Shown: one piece after another, positions 50,693-63,439 of the stretch
How positions within the stretch are numbered: position 1 is the stretch's first letter
Layout of the letters: each line of letters opens with the position of its first letter
Origin: Azolla caroliniana
Lineage: Eukaryota; Plantae; Polypodiophyta
Assembly: GCA_043228905.1 (NCBI GenBank)
Contig: JBHGNT010000005.1
Coordinates: 18,724,001 to 18,788,000, forward strand
Length of the DNA: 64,000 bases
Reading direction: 5' to 3'
Notes under the pieces: generated by a model
What the model was told of the DNA's origin: nothing
The model's input: only the letters and a program-made list of their open reading frames with translations
Databases searched by the model: none
Made by a program: the position numbers and the translations under genes

Positions 50693-50766
50693 AACATGTT
50701 ACTACAATGGTTAAGGATTTGACATGTATATAACAAGGTTGTGGGTTCAAATCCTTTTGAGGCATG
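50693..50766 (+). other. Degenerate tRNA-like (Pol III A/B-box) segment within the LTR
   Basis: A-box-like TACTACAATGG(TTAAG) at 50700 and AGGTTGTGGGTTCAAATCC with the B-box at 50744-50754, at tRNA-like spacing. The acceptor stem is poor. Confidence 0.45.
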
Positions 50767-50785
50767 ATGTGAGTATCCTCATGAC

Positions 50786-51413
50786 CATAGATTGACACAT
50801 TCGTGATATTCTCCATGCGCAATATTATCAATATTCGAGAATACAAAATGGCCCCAAGAATATTAAAAAACCATTCGTTTTGTAAAATAAATATAAAAAA
50901 TTATTTATTTATTTAAATAAATGTATTTCACCAAAAAAAAACAATTATTCATTAATAGATTATAGTGTCAAGAGAGTTTATGAAACTTATTTTAATTAAT
51001 TAATTTTTTAAAAACGAATATTTTTATATTTATTATAAAACTATGATTAGTATGAACTTTTAAGATATGATTAGTTTGAAGTACCATTTTTAATGTCAAG
51101 ATAAAAATATTCATAAATTTTGAGGAAATAAAAAGTGAGAAACTAATGAGCCTTTATTTTATTTTATTTATTTATTAAAAATAAAACAACTATACATTTA
51201 TTATAAAAATTTAGTAGTGTCAAGTCCCCAAAGTCCCTCTTTTATTATCCCTATTTATTGTTAAGTTCCTTTTTTTTATCTTAGGAATTTTTATTTTTAT
51301 TTTTTTAAATTTGGGGGGGAGGGGGTAAAAACGAATACTTGACTACCCATTCGTATTCATATTCGTTTGCATTCGAATGGGAAACCCCACAAATGCGAAT
51401 ATGTCAATCTATG
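50786..51413. mobile_element. hAT-type MITE
   Basis: TIR CATAGATTGACA(C/T)ATTCG. TSD CTCATGAC at 50778-50785 and 51414-51421. Confidence 0.92.
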
Positions 51414-51422
51414 CTCATGACA

Positions 51423-53119
51423 ACACACTCATTCTCATCTCCACTCAATTATATTGGCCTAAGATGCGTCCTAACATACATAGCTATGTGACTAAATGTC
51501 AACAGTGTCAAGTTAACAAAGCTGAGCGACTTAAAGCCACCTGACTTTTACATCCCTTGGACATTCCCAATAATAAGTGGGAAAGTATATCCATGGATTT
51601 TATTGTTAGCCTCCCTCACACCCAAAAAGGCCATGATGCCATCTGGGTTGTGGTTGATCGACTAACTAAAATGGCCAAATTTATTGTTACTAAAACCACG
51701 GTAACAGTTCTTGAATTGGCTTACCAATTCATTGCTGAGTTATTTTGTTTTTTTGGTTACAATGGATATCGTGAGTGATCGAGATCCAAAGTTTACTAGC
51801 GACTTTTGGACGCTAGCCTTTAAGAAGTTAGAAACTACATTGAGCATGAGCTCCACAGATCCACGGATCATCCTCAATCCGATGGACAGATAGAATGAGT
51901 AAATCAAATTATTGAGGACATGCTCCGTGCATATGTTGGTATAAAACCAACAAAATGGGAACGTTATCTCCCAATTTTGGAGTTTTCTTATAACAAGTCC
52001 AAAAATACATTGATGGGATATAGTCCTTTATGTTGATGTATGGTTTTTAGCCACAAGCCCCGATTGATGTTAATATACATCATGATGAGTTGTGAAGTAC
52101 GCAAAACTTTCTTCGGGATATGCAAGAGATGTTGCATATTGCATGAGATAATATAAAAACAGCTCAAGATAGAGCGCTTTTTTATGCCGATCATAAAAGG
52201 CAACCTCGTGTATTCAACTGTGGACAAAAGGTATTTTTACGTGTACCTCACAATTCTAAGACATTGTCTACGGGTAAGTGCGCTAAGTTAGCCCCATGGT
52301 TTTGTGAACCTTTTATAGTCCTCAAACGCATTGTTTCATCAACCTATCATCTCGCTCTTCCTGATGGCGTTAAAATCCATCTAGTTTTTCACGTAAGTCG
52401 TCTAAAAGAACTTCTACGTTCTGGCGACAATACAGGTACAACTGAAACTTTGGTTACTTCTGAAGAATTATCTTCTAAACCACATGTACCAGAAAGAATT
52501 CTCGATGTTAAAACAAAAAATTTGTGTTCTAAAATAATCCGAGAATTTAGAATTAAATGGATGGATAAATCTATAAAAGATGCCACACGGGAACGCAAAA
52601 ATACTCTTAGAACTAACTTCCCTAACTTTCCATTGCAAGAGTGCAATGTTTTAAAGAGGGGGAGTATGTTACGGGCATGACGATATAATATCCCATAGTG
52701 AGAATTTATTGTAGTATTCTATACATGTGGATAAAGTGTGAGGGTTAAACGAGAGTGTAAAGAAGGAAAGCATTACTTTTAATCATCAGGATTGAGACAA
52801 CCCATTAGGCCAAGTGTGAACTTTCCTAGGGGCCTTGGGTCTGGCTATAAATATGAGGTTTATCTACCCTCATTTCATCATCTCTTGACTATGTCGAGAC
52901 TCCGTTCTTGTGGTGGGTCAACTCTTATAGCGAGCGCGCCAGCACTAGGTACGACTCAATGCCACAACGGTGGTATGGGACGCCGATGGAGGCTTGAGAC
53001 CATCTCGATCCCTTCGCTCGGGGGTGGATGGGTGGATTGGCACCCTTCTTTCTCTCTCTCCTTTCTTATTAATCTATTATATCCTTATCATATGCTTACT
53101 TTAGAACATAACTCTAACA
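51423..53119 (+). mobile_element. Chromovirus Gypsy C2: integrase, chromodomain, PPT and 3' LTR (52667-53119)
   Basis: Same family as C1: 'QLYWPKMR...KCQQCQ', WESISMDFI, 'PERILDVKTK'. PPT AAAGAGGGGGAG. Confidence 0.92.
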
Positions 53120-56100
53120 CAGGACATCTTTGTAAATATGTCAAAGGGTAGTTGCCATAGCCCAGTTAGTATATAACGGGCTTCGTAACCTAGTTCATAG
53201 TTGTTGCATTTGTTAGAGAGTTGTTGTTGCCATTGTATTGTAACCATTTTCTAAATAAAAAAGATTACATTGTGTGCTTCTCTTTCTCTCATTTTGTTCT
53301 TTGATCTTGCCTTCACTTGTACACTCGGTGATCATCATCTCAAGGTGTTGCTGATGTTTCCACATTGACGGCCTCAGTTCCCAACATCTGGTATCAGAGT
53401 GAGGTTCTTCAACTTGCTGCCAGCAGTCATCAGTCTTCAACAGCATTCTCACTTCGTCTTCCTTGAAGAACCTGAGTTCAAGATCTCATCTTGAGAAGAG
53501 AAAGAAAAACAGAAGATTTGCACTCCACTGAGCTAGGTCACTTTTAAGGTAAGCCAGTCGGTAGTACCTAGTTCCTTGTTTATGTGATTGCAGCTGCTCA
53601 GAGTGGAACCTCTATCAAATCGGCCTCGATCGTGCTTTACCAGGTTAGACATTATCTACTCATTTGTTGTAACCTCTCAAAGCAGATCAAACCCCAAGGA
53701 ACAACCCCAATATGTGCTTCATTCGGCTGAATGACATTCAAGAGAACCAGTCGGCTTCGTCCCTCTCATCATTGCAGTCATCCAAAGCAGGGTTGGCCTA
53801 GATAATCTACACAAAATATGTGATCGACATCTCGAAATCGGCATCGGAATCAAATCTACAAATTCAATTGTCCAACTCGGCAAGTTGATTCGACTTGTGT
53901 TCGAATCCGACTAGAACGATATCGGGGGAGCCGGTCGGTTGCATCCCACCAACATTTGTAGTCAACTACAAACAGATTCTCACAAGCCGACACAGATGGC
54001 ATCAACATGCAGCTCGTCAGAAATGAGTCTAAGGAAGTTTGATGGATCAAACTTTAACTTCTGGAAGGAGCAGATGCAAGACTATCTAATAGTCAAGAGG
54101 CAAATCAACCCCATCCAAACCGAAAATGCTCTAGAAGGATACAAGCCGAACGAATGGTAGAAGCAAGATAGAATTGTCTGTGCCACAATTTAGATGCACT
54201 TGTCGGAGTCAATACTTATCGCCGCCACAAATATATATTTGATTTGGCACCTCTACAACCTGCAAATGAAAGAATCTGACTCGGTCCAAGCACACCTGAA
54301 CAATTACGAAAGTTTAAGCTCCCAGATTTTAGCTCAAGGGACGAGAATCAAAGATTAACTAAGAGCAATGTTGGTCATGAGTAGTCTCCCCCTTTCGTGG
54401 GACACTTTCGTTACAACTATGTGCAATGCTTCTATTGTTGATGTGAAGTACTCCGAAGTTACGAGAGCAATACTGACTGAAGCAGTTCGAAGGAAATCAT
54501 TTGCAAAAGATTCGGTAGATGAAGCTTATGTAGTACAAGGTTCAAGTGACTGACCGAACAATCAAGGAAGAAGTTATTCCCGGCCATGGTTGTTTAAGTA
54601 CTTGTATTTAATGTTTAAATACATATAGTACCTCATCATTTGTATAGTACGTACTATACCTCAATGTTGTTCAGCCAAATATCATGTACATTTGTCCAAT
54701 ACGGTATTTAACCTATTTATAAAAAAACAAGTATAATACGTATGTATAAAGAAAATGTAAGTAAAAGCCCAACAAAAACCAAAAGAAAAAAAAGATTTTA
54801 GTGAAAAAGAAGCCAAAGGAAGGAAGGAAGAAGAATAGAAGAAACGACGATGAAGAAGAAGAAGAAGAAGAAGAAGAGAGAAAAGAAGACATAAACATGT
54901 CCTAACTCAAAGTGTGATAATCGCAGAAGATAGAAGAAGACGAAGAAGAAAACGAAGAAAAGAGAAACCTATCATGAGTGTGATAATCGTAGACGAATCC
55001 TCAATCTATGAAGGCATAATTGTAAATAATTACAATTTGAAGTAGAACATCGTGATACACACTTACATTGATTTATAGAACAAGGGAATGTCGACATCCA
55101 TATTGCTACAAGTATTTTAGGATGTGAAATGTTCAAATGTATTATATGCATTTTAGGATGTAGAACTATATTGTACATCACAAAGTTGTGTAAACATAGA
55201 TGTTTTTTATAATATTATAGATATTTTTAGAAAGGTAAATAATTTTCAAATTCTAGAAGTATTTAACGTACTATACGTAAAATACGTATTTTATGTATTT
55301 AACATATTAAGAAAATGTATTTAACGTATTTTTAAATTGGGAGGTACTATATGCGTATTAATATGTTATATACGTATGGTATCCGTACCGTACTTAACGT
55401 ACCTAACAACCTTGTTCCCGACCATTGACAAATTAGGAAAGCTAGAGCAAGTCCAGGGAAAATCAAATATGCAATTATTGCAAAACACCTAGACATATCA
55501 ATGTTGACTGCTGCACCCTCAAAGCTAGAAACGAAAAAGCTCAGAGTTAACCACAAGGGGTGGCCGGCAAGAGGAGATCAACTACATCGGCGCCTCCGCC
55601 GAAGTATTGTCGAATGACCCGAACATACTATCCATTGAAAATCGAGTCCAATCAGAAGTTCTACTTACGATCGAGGAATCGAGCACATAGTTCTTGGATT
55701 CAAGTGTGTCCTACCACATGACTCCCCATAGATCCCCATTTCAGCAATACTCGAACCGGCACTCCGACGCAATTCGAGTCAGAAACTCGCAACATTGCGC
55801 TATAATTGGAATCAACATTGTAGAGCTCAATCTCCCGGGAGGCTCTACATTAGTACTACACAACGTCCAACACGTTCCTGAGCTGTCAAGACCATTGATC
55901 TCAGTCGAACAGTTTGACGAAGACAACATTCGTGCTAGCTTCTCATCAGGAGGGTGGACACTTCACAAGGGGAACCTCCTGCTTGCGTGAAGACCAAAAG
56001 TACATTCTTTGTGCCCATTATATGTCACACTTAGAGAGGGTGACTTGTTACTGGCTGATATTCCTATGTCATCGTTATGGCATGGATGACTCAGACACCT

Positions 56101-57140
56101 CAGTAAGGCCGACATCACACATTTATCCAAAGCCGAATATATCCCCAAACTCTCCTTTTTGGATCACCAGTTCTATGAGCATTGTCAGTATGGCAAGTAG
56201 GTCGCAGCCTCACACCCAACGGCATCACCAAAAGAATCAAGTCCACTTGATTCAGTCCATTCGGACATTTGTGGCCCGATGCCACATCAGTCCCTTGGTG
56301 GTGCCTCCTACTTCGTCAGTTTCATTGACGACTCGACCAGGAAAGTGTGGGCTTATCTTATCAAAACCAAAGATAAAGTGTTCTCAGTCTTTTTCGAATG
56401 GCTCGCAATGGTAGAGAATCAATCCAATCGAAAGCTGAAATGCCTTTGGACTGACTACAGAGGAGAGTTCAAGTAAGAAGAATTCATCAGATTTTGTCGA
56501 TAGCGCGACATCAAATGTGAATACTCGGCACCACACAGTCTGGAGCAAAACGGAATTGTCGAACGGATGAATCAGACAATTAAAGAACGGATAATATCCA
56601 TTCTCCAACACTCCACACTATCGGATGGCTTCTGGGCAAAGGCCCTACTTGCAGTAGTACACATAATCAATATGTCACCGAGTAGGCCTCTAAGACTTTG
56701 AATACCTCGAGACTTATGGACCAATAGAAAGCCGAATTACAACAAGTTGAGGATTTTTGGGTGCGAGGCATACTCCCTCATACCAAAAGACGACCGCCAC
56801 AAACTTGAACCAAGGTCCAGGAAATGCATTTTTCTTGGTTATGGACCAGACGGCAAGTTTGGAAACCGACTCTAGGACCCCGAGCACAGACAAATAATTT
56901 AAAGTTCGACCGTAGTGTTCAATGAGCTAGTTATGCACAAGACAACGGAAAGGCCTATTGAAGTCCGAAGGGTAACTTTCTCATATGTGCCAGCCCTTCA
57001 TGATGGCCCAACCCATAACATGAGGTCGGCTTCATGGGTAGCCGAATCCTCTCAAACCAACTCGACAACGCCCGACTCAGCACAACTGAATGATTTGGCT
57101 TTGGACCATCCGACTCTGACACCTGATGCGACTAGTCCAC
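53120..57140 (+). mobile_element. Copia D3: partial 5' LTR, PBS, long leader, gag, PR, INT (degenerate)
   Basis: LTR ends CCCAACA at 53386. PBS TGGTATCAGAG at 53389. Gag 'KFDGSNFNFWKEQMQDYL'. PR and INT are paralogous to D2. Confidence 0.88.
54585..55414. mobile_element. hAT-type MITE in the gag of D3
   Basis: TIR CATGGTTGTT/CAAGGTTGTT. TSD TTCCCGGC at 54577-54584 and TTCCCGAC at 55415-55422. Confidence 0.85.
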
Positions 57141-58560
57141 TCTTCGGTCGGGATTTGCCAAGCCAGCTAGCAATGTAAGTTTTACATGCGGATCGTGAAT
57201 TGAGGAACTATCTCCTGGGGCTCTTGAGAGATGTCATAGAACTGACTCAGTAGCTCTGGCTTAGGGATCTACCAATGAAAGAGGCGAATGAACCTATCTT
57301 GGAGTTCTTGGAAGGATGAAAACTCCCCCAAGTCATGTTGGGAGTACCGGTTCACTGCTTGCCCATCAAGAGACAAGTCGAACTCCGTGATCTTTGATGT
57401 CTTTGCATCAGCCACGACCAAGCGCTGGGACACATGGTTAGCTTGCCATGTGGTAAGGAAAGTGCGAACATGCGCTTCCACGTCGGCTCCCTTGTTGTAT
57501 CTAGGGTAGGGGTAGGGCATTGTGTCGATGTTGGAATCCTCCCGTAACACCGAAAAGGGGTTATCGTCGGGTTGGTCAACCTCAGAGGTACTGTCGCTTA
57601 TCGAGATTGGATCGAGAGCGACAACCGATTGGGCATCCGAGTCTGGGGGAGGTTGCACTGTGAGAGCGGAGTCAATAACACTCTCTTCTTGTTCGGCACG
57701 TCGGGATGTCGTCTGAGTGCGTATCCCTTGGGGCACGTTGTTACGGCGACCAAGTCTTTCTCCTACGCATGTTCATTGTGGACTCACTGCGTGAACTGGG
57801 CGTGCCGAATTGTGTTACTCCCTTTTGGAGAAAACACCTTCGATTACCCCTCCTGAGTAATTGGTTCAAGGTATTGTGATGCAAAGGAGAGTTGAAGTCT
57901 CAACGCCCTATCGAGATTGTTGGCCGAGTCGCTAAGGGGTATATGAATTTCCCAATGCTCTTGGCTGTTATTTGGATTGTTCCACTAGGATGGGATTATG
58001 ACCCCCGAAATAAGAAAGATATGTTCTGGGATCAGCCACAATTGATCCTCCAATACAAACCAAACTTATATATGTATGTATGTATATATATATATACATA
58101 TCAGAATATAAAAGAGACAGAACACTGAAGTTACCCACAAAATGTATATTCAATTAAAGTGCAACACACAGATACAAGTACCAATTACTATCAGTAAAAC
58201 ACTCACCCACCCACTATTCTTCTATTCCTATCCTAGTCCTCTCTTTTTCTCCCTCCTCTTCTGTGTTCACTAATACCCGATATATATAGTCCCCTTATGG
58301 TTGGCGTTTTCCACCCGTTCCTTCCTTAATATTCGGCTTCTTTTGTTCAGTTGCTAGTGCTCAGCTCTCTTTGATTCATTTCACACCTTGTGACACTTGT
58401 CCCACCGGGTAACAAGCAACACTCCAAGATTTGGATGGTGGCATCATCAAATTTCCAAGTGTAAAAAACTGAAATGATGTTGGGATTCGTGAATGGGATA
58501 AGAGTCATCATTCAAGGAACCATTGGGCTCGAGCAATGACAAAGGCACCTGCAAAAATTG
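57141..58560 (-). mobile_element. Non-chromovirus Gypsy gag fragment plus 5' LTR region
   Basis: 'YPRYNKGADVEAHVRTF...FDLSLDGQA...FSSFQELQDRFIRLF' is retrotransposon-gag-like. Possible LTR end at 57918. TATA near 58280. Confidence 0.65.
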
Positions 58561-59014
58561 GGGAACAATAAATTCCATGTATTGTTAAAACCAAGTATAA
58601 GGACTGGTTAGATAACATAAAAAGAATACGACAAAGAAAGGTGCAAGAGGGAGATTGGGTGTTAGTATATGACAGTAGCTTGGATAATCAATACAATATT
58701 ATTCACAAGTTCGTAAAAAAATGGTTTAGACCTTATGAAGTTAGGAAAATAACAGATAAGCCCACATATTTCCTCAATGAATTAGATGGGACAGAAATTC
58801 TATTCCAATTGTGGAAAAAAGTATTAAACTATTTAAAAAGAGGGAGTCACTAAAGTCGGAATTTTATGAACAAGAAGAAGAACTAAGAGAATCTAAAAAA
58901 GTGGTGGATGAACTCTACACAACCAATGTGCAAGTTCAAAGGGGGTGGGGTGTCATGAAGGAATTGCTTCACGATATTATATTAAGAGACATTTGAGAGA
59001 CTTGAACCCATAAC

Positions 59015-59618
59015 TAGCAATGGGCATGGTTTTGGTTCAAACCAAACCAAACCATTAAGCCATGGTTTAACAGTTCATTGGTTCCAAAAAAATGTAATGG
59101 TTTGGATTTTCAATAAACGGTTCAATTTGATTTTAAAACTCGGGTTTATGGTTTTATAAATTTAAATGGTTTGGTTTAAAGGTTTTTGGTTAACTTTTTT
59201 TTCACCTTAATAGTTTATTAATTTAATGGTTTAATTAATAGTTTTTTATTAATTTAACTTAAATGTTTATTTAATTTAATGGGTCAATTAAGGTTTCTTT
59301 TATTGATTTAATAAATCTAACTTAAATTATTATTTAATTTAATGTATTTTTGTTTATTTAGATTTTTAATTAGTTTGACTTAAATGGTCAGGTTTAAAGT
59401 TTTTCTTAAATGATTCGATTTGGTTTCAACTTTTCTCTAACGGTTTGGGTTTAAATGGTTTAGTTTTCCTTTTCTTAAATGGTTTGGTTTAAATGGCTTG
59501 AGAGTTCATAAACAGTTTGGTTTGGTTATTATTTATATAAAACGATTTGGTTTTGGTTCAATTCTGTTTCTTTGCCTTGAAACTGAACCGAACCGAAACC
59601 AAATCATGCCCATTGCTA
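59015..59618. mobile_element. hAT-type MITE
   Basis: Perfect 14-bp TIR TAGCAATGGGCATG. TSD CCCATAAC at 59007-59014 and 59619-59626. Subterminal AAACC/GGTTT motifs. Confidence 0.93.
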
Positions 59619-59753
59619 CCCATAACCTTATATACCAAGTACAAAGTACATACCATCAGGATAAATTATTGTTTTTATATAATTATATTTTCATCATCAT
59701 ACTTATGTCGAACTATTTTCATGCATGAGAGCTCAGACGATCAAGATGGCTAT

Positions 59754-60143
59754 TAACAATTAGCAATGGTTCGGTTTTAATGGTTTGAAATTGAGTTTTA
59801 AATCATTTGATGGTTTTTAAATTTTTAAATATTTTTTTTTTTTTTTGAAAACAACCTTTTCATTTTTAAACCTAATTCTCACATTTTAGGAAAAATCTTT
59901 AAATTTTTGAAAATTTAAAATTTGAAATAATGAAAATTTTAAAATTTTAAAATTTTGAAGTTTGACCTAAGTTGAAAACTAAAACCAAACCACAAACTGC
60001 AGGTTTAGCAGTTTGGATTTTCACCAAACGGTTTGGTTTAAATGGTTTTAGTTAACAATTATATGGCTCGGTTTAGGTTTCAAATTTTTTAAATGGTTTG
60101 GTTTGGACACTCTTGAACCGAACTCAATTGTTGCTGATTGTTA
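59754..60143. mobile_element. hAT-type MITE
   Basis: TIR TAACAAT(T/C)AGCAA. TSD ATGGCTAT at 59746-59753 and 60144-60151. Confidence 0.9.
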
Positions 60144-60510
60144 ATGGCTATCACACATCACATGCTTTGCATGCATGCCATGCACCCTCACATCGTCATA
60201 TGCATATGAACACCTATATAAAGAGAGGGAAGGGAGGAATGAAGGAATCAATCAAGGGATAAGTTAAGATAATTAATTAAGAAAAACAAGTTAGCTCATT
60301 TGCAAAGAGTCTTGTGTTTTGAAATTGAAGTCAAGGGTTCAACACCGGAGTTTGGTAGAGAAAAGTTTCATCTTTGCAATCGAGCATATTGTAAAATTAG
60401 TAAAAGCTTGTATTTTCAATATAAAGCATATTCTTATCGTATACTCTTGCTTCTTAAATCATACATGGTCATTGTCTCTCATATGTGATTGTCTTTCTCA
60501 TACACATTAC

Positions 60511-60987
60511 TAATAGTCAGCAATAGTTCGGTTTGAATCGAGTTGAAGCGTGAAACCACGATTTAAATGGTTCAATTTAGTTCAGGTTCAAGTTTTTTTT
60601 AACAATTCGGTTTGGGGGGTGAACAATTCAGTTTGGTTCGGTTTCAACGGTTAGAAACTGTAGTTAAAACGATTTAATGGTTTTAAAAAATATATATTTT
60701 TCATTTTTAAACCTAATTTTCACATTTTAGGAAGATCTTTAAAATTTTGAAAAATTAAAACTTAAAATAATGAAAAATTTTAAAATTTTAAAATTGAAAT
60801 TTGACCTAAGTTGAAAACTGAAATTGAACCATGAAACCGTGGTTTTAATGGTTTAATGGTTTAGATTTTTTTTAACAGTTTCGATTCAAATGGTTTCGTG
60901 GTTTGATTTGGTTTGGTTCAAGTTTCAAAATTTTAAACGGTTCGGTTTTGACACTCTCAAATTGAACCAAACCGTTGCCGATTGTTA
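60511..60987. mobile_element. hAT-type MITE (same family as 59754-60143)
   Basis: TSD CACATTAC at 60503-60510 and 60988-60995. Internal sequence is shared with the previous MITE. Confidence 0.9.
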
Positions 60988-61049
60988 CACATTACTTTTC
61001 ACTCTTATTCCTCCTATCCTTAATCTTTGTGACATCAGTGTGCAAGCCT

Positions 61050-61600
61050 TATAAAAATTTGTTCAATTTCCCCTTAGCCTTAGTTTCTGTGACTTCGCCA
61101 CACGAACCACAACTACCCCAACAACATGTGACTAGGTATAACTGTCATTGCATAGGTGCACCTCAACGAGCGCATCCTTGCACTCGCCAACAAAGGGTTC
61201 ATCACGATGTGGTTGTAGTTTCCATGTCGATGTTAAAGTGAATGGATGAGACGATGACCATTTTAGTATATGGAAGTCATAATGGTCATGTTCCAGGAGG
61301 ATGTATAACATTTGCCATCCCACCCAAATGTATTAAGTTGTTGCAAAGATGACATATTTGATGTTTGGTGTGCAAGGAATGTTACATGGATGAGCATGCA
61401 AAACGAAGCATATCATAAGTCCAAGGCTAGTCCATTAGAACTTGTTACTTTTAGATTCTTTATGATACCAAAGGAGGTCCATGATATGGCTAATACGTAA
61501 AAAATAAATTGGAAGTGCATTGTCAGAAGTTGATCGATCTTTGATGATGCAAGATACCTATGCACTCCGAGATCTAGGGAAAGTGGCTCAAGTCTAGCCA
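61050..61600 (+). pseudogene. Possible Mutator-like transposase N-terminal (Zn-finger) relic
   Basis: Frameshifted 'RYNCHC.G.P.R...VYGSHNGHVPG...LPSHPNV...RFFMIPKEV'. Motif resemblance only. Confidence 0.3.
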
Positions 61601-61951
61601 TACTCGTATGGTCCAAATGGATCTCCAACCCGACAACCATTTACCATAAATGGATGTCAGAATTTTCTTTCAGACTTAGAAGTTATCTGAATTGAAGTGA
61701 TTTGATGTCCGACTTTGAGTCGGGCTATTGCCCTGACTTGGCCAGGCTATTGTTTTGAGTCAGGTTGCTACCCTAAGTCGGTCGGGCTACTGTAGTCAGG
61801 GAGTAAGGCTTCTGGTGATAGAGGCTCTCAGGCTATCGGAAACTCGCGTGCTTTTTTGCTTTTTTTGGATTAAGATCTGACGGTGCAGATCCGCATTCCC
61901 TCGCCCTGCAAGGCCTCATTATGATTTGGGTGCAAAAATAGACGCGAGCGA

Positions 61952-61990
61952 ATGTATGTATGTATGTGTATGTATGTATGTATGTATGTA

Positions 61991-62023
<33 letters not shown>

Positions 62024-62030
62024 ATGTATA
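61952..62030. repeat. (TATG)n/(TG)n compound microsatellite
   Basis: Read directly from the sequence. Confidence 0.95.
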
Positions 62031-63439
62031 CCAGATGTCCCTCAGATCTTTCTCTCCTACTGCGCCTGTCTGTGGATCTCTCTGTAGCTTCCTGGATCAG
62101 CTGCTTCTTCATCGCCTTCTCATACATAGGTAACCCTATCCATTTTCATCTTCATCTCTTTCTTTCTTGTTTCCTGTTCATTGTTCACTCTCACTCTCTC
62201 TCTCTGACTCCTCACCTCACTTCTCATTTCTTTTGCACATTTTCAGTACATGTTTAACCTGTTTTCCCTCCTGATTCCTTCATTTGTGATGGGCTTATTG
62301 CCCCCTTTTTTCTAGATTTGTTTTTCACCTTTTTGTAATTTTCTAGGTTTCCATTCATGGTATTTTTTTTTCCTGGTATTTCATTCATAGGATCACGTGT
62401 AATTTAAGTTCTTCTTCTCATTTTATATCCACGGTAAGTAGTTTTCTTGTGTTTCTTCGTCATGGTTCATTTTTCTTGTTTTATTTTTTCACTCATGGTT
62501 TCAGAATCTTCAGCTCTTTTTCTTTGATTCATCGTCTTGCTTCTTAATTTTTGTTTCTTTATTTTGTCCCTTTTGAATTTTGTTTACTTTATCTCCATCA
62601 GTTTGACTTCTTTGATGGAAGGAAGTTTCATTAATCTGCTTCAAAAAATGTTTTCTTAGAGTTTAGTTTAGTTTAATTTTAGTTCAAGTGTTTTTTCATT
62701 CTAGCACAGTTAACTTTCTGTAGTTCTAACACCATCAATTTGATAAAAAAACTTCATCATTTTTGTATATTTTCTTTGATTGCTTTCATTGACTTCAATT
62801 TTGTGTAAAAATGCAGATGATTTAAGGCTCTGAACTTCTCATTTCTTTAAGTTGAGAAGAGCAAGAAGAAGAAGAAGAAGAATCCAGGTGCTCAGGACAG
62901 AACTTCCAAACACTACATAAGCCAAAATAATAAAGAAAAGAGAATCAAAAGGTAATAAACTTTCATCAAAACATCGTTGAAATGCTTAATGATAGATATC
63001 TCAATATTTTCTAAAACATCTTTCTAAACTTTCGAGGGTTTTTCTACCTTGAATTTCAAACTTTAATATGCTCTAAACGTGATAGTTGTTCTTTTCCCGA
63101 ACAATATGAATCTATCATCATTTTTTCCTTTAATACCCATATGGCATGCTCCCATTTATGACAATCATGGGTTTGCTGGCTTATGGTGTTCAATGTGCTT
63201 TGTGGTGTGAACATCAACTATGGTTAAATATAACCAAGGTATGTCTACAATATCTTGGTACTCTTGATTATTGACGTAGGTGGGGAGGTGAATCTCATTT
63301 ATGTAAAAGGGTATATTTTTTATATGAAAAGAATTCCTTTCATAGAAAAGTATACAATGGGATATGTCCTTTAACTTTTAAGTCTCTTCATTGGTGTTTG
63401 GAAGTAACAATTGGCAACGGTTTGGTTTGGATTGAGAGG

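Larger units (their letters stand above)
48862..51422 (-). mobile_element. Tcn1/Tf1-sushi-like Gypsy: 5' LTR (50349-51422 including a MITE), gag and protease, 3'-truncated
   Basis: LTR ends TGTCA/TGACA. Gag 'PREPKISL..KFDG...LRQG..ASAY..DF', 'DDPTTMEI', CLYCGGPGHIAVNC. Protease relic 'LLDF*ANSCFMD...VIDGRSITSG'. Confidence 0.88.
58560..61034 (+). mobile_element. Gypsy integrase C-terminus, PPT and 3' LTR (58951-61034) carrying three MITEs
   Basis: 'EGDWVLVYD...KWFRPYEV...YFLNELDG'. PPT AAGGGGGTGGGG, then TGTCATGAAG...CTTTGTGACA. TATA near 60215. Confidence 0.8.

Noticed and set aside
50693-50766. Functional tRNA gene
   Set aside because: The acceptor and anticodon stems do not pair properly.
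51423-51470. C1 and C2 truncated at nearly the same integrase position, suggesting a non-autonomous integrase-only family
   Set aside because: C2 coding sequence continues to 51423, where it is cut by the Tcn1-like LTR. The breakpoints differ and have separate explanations.
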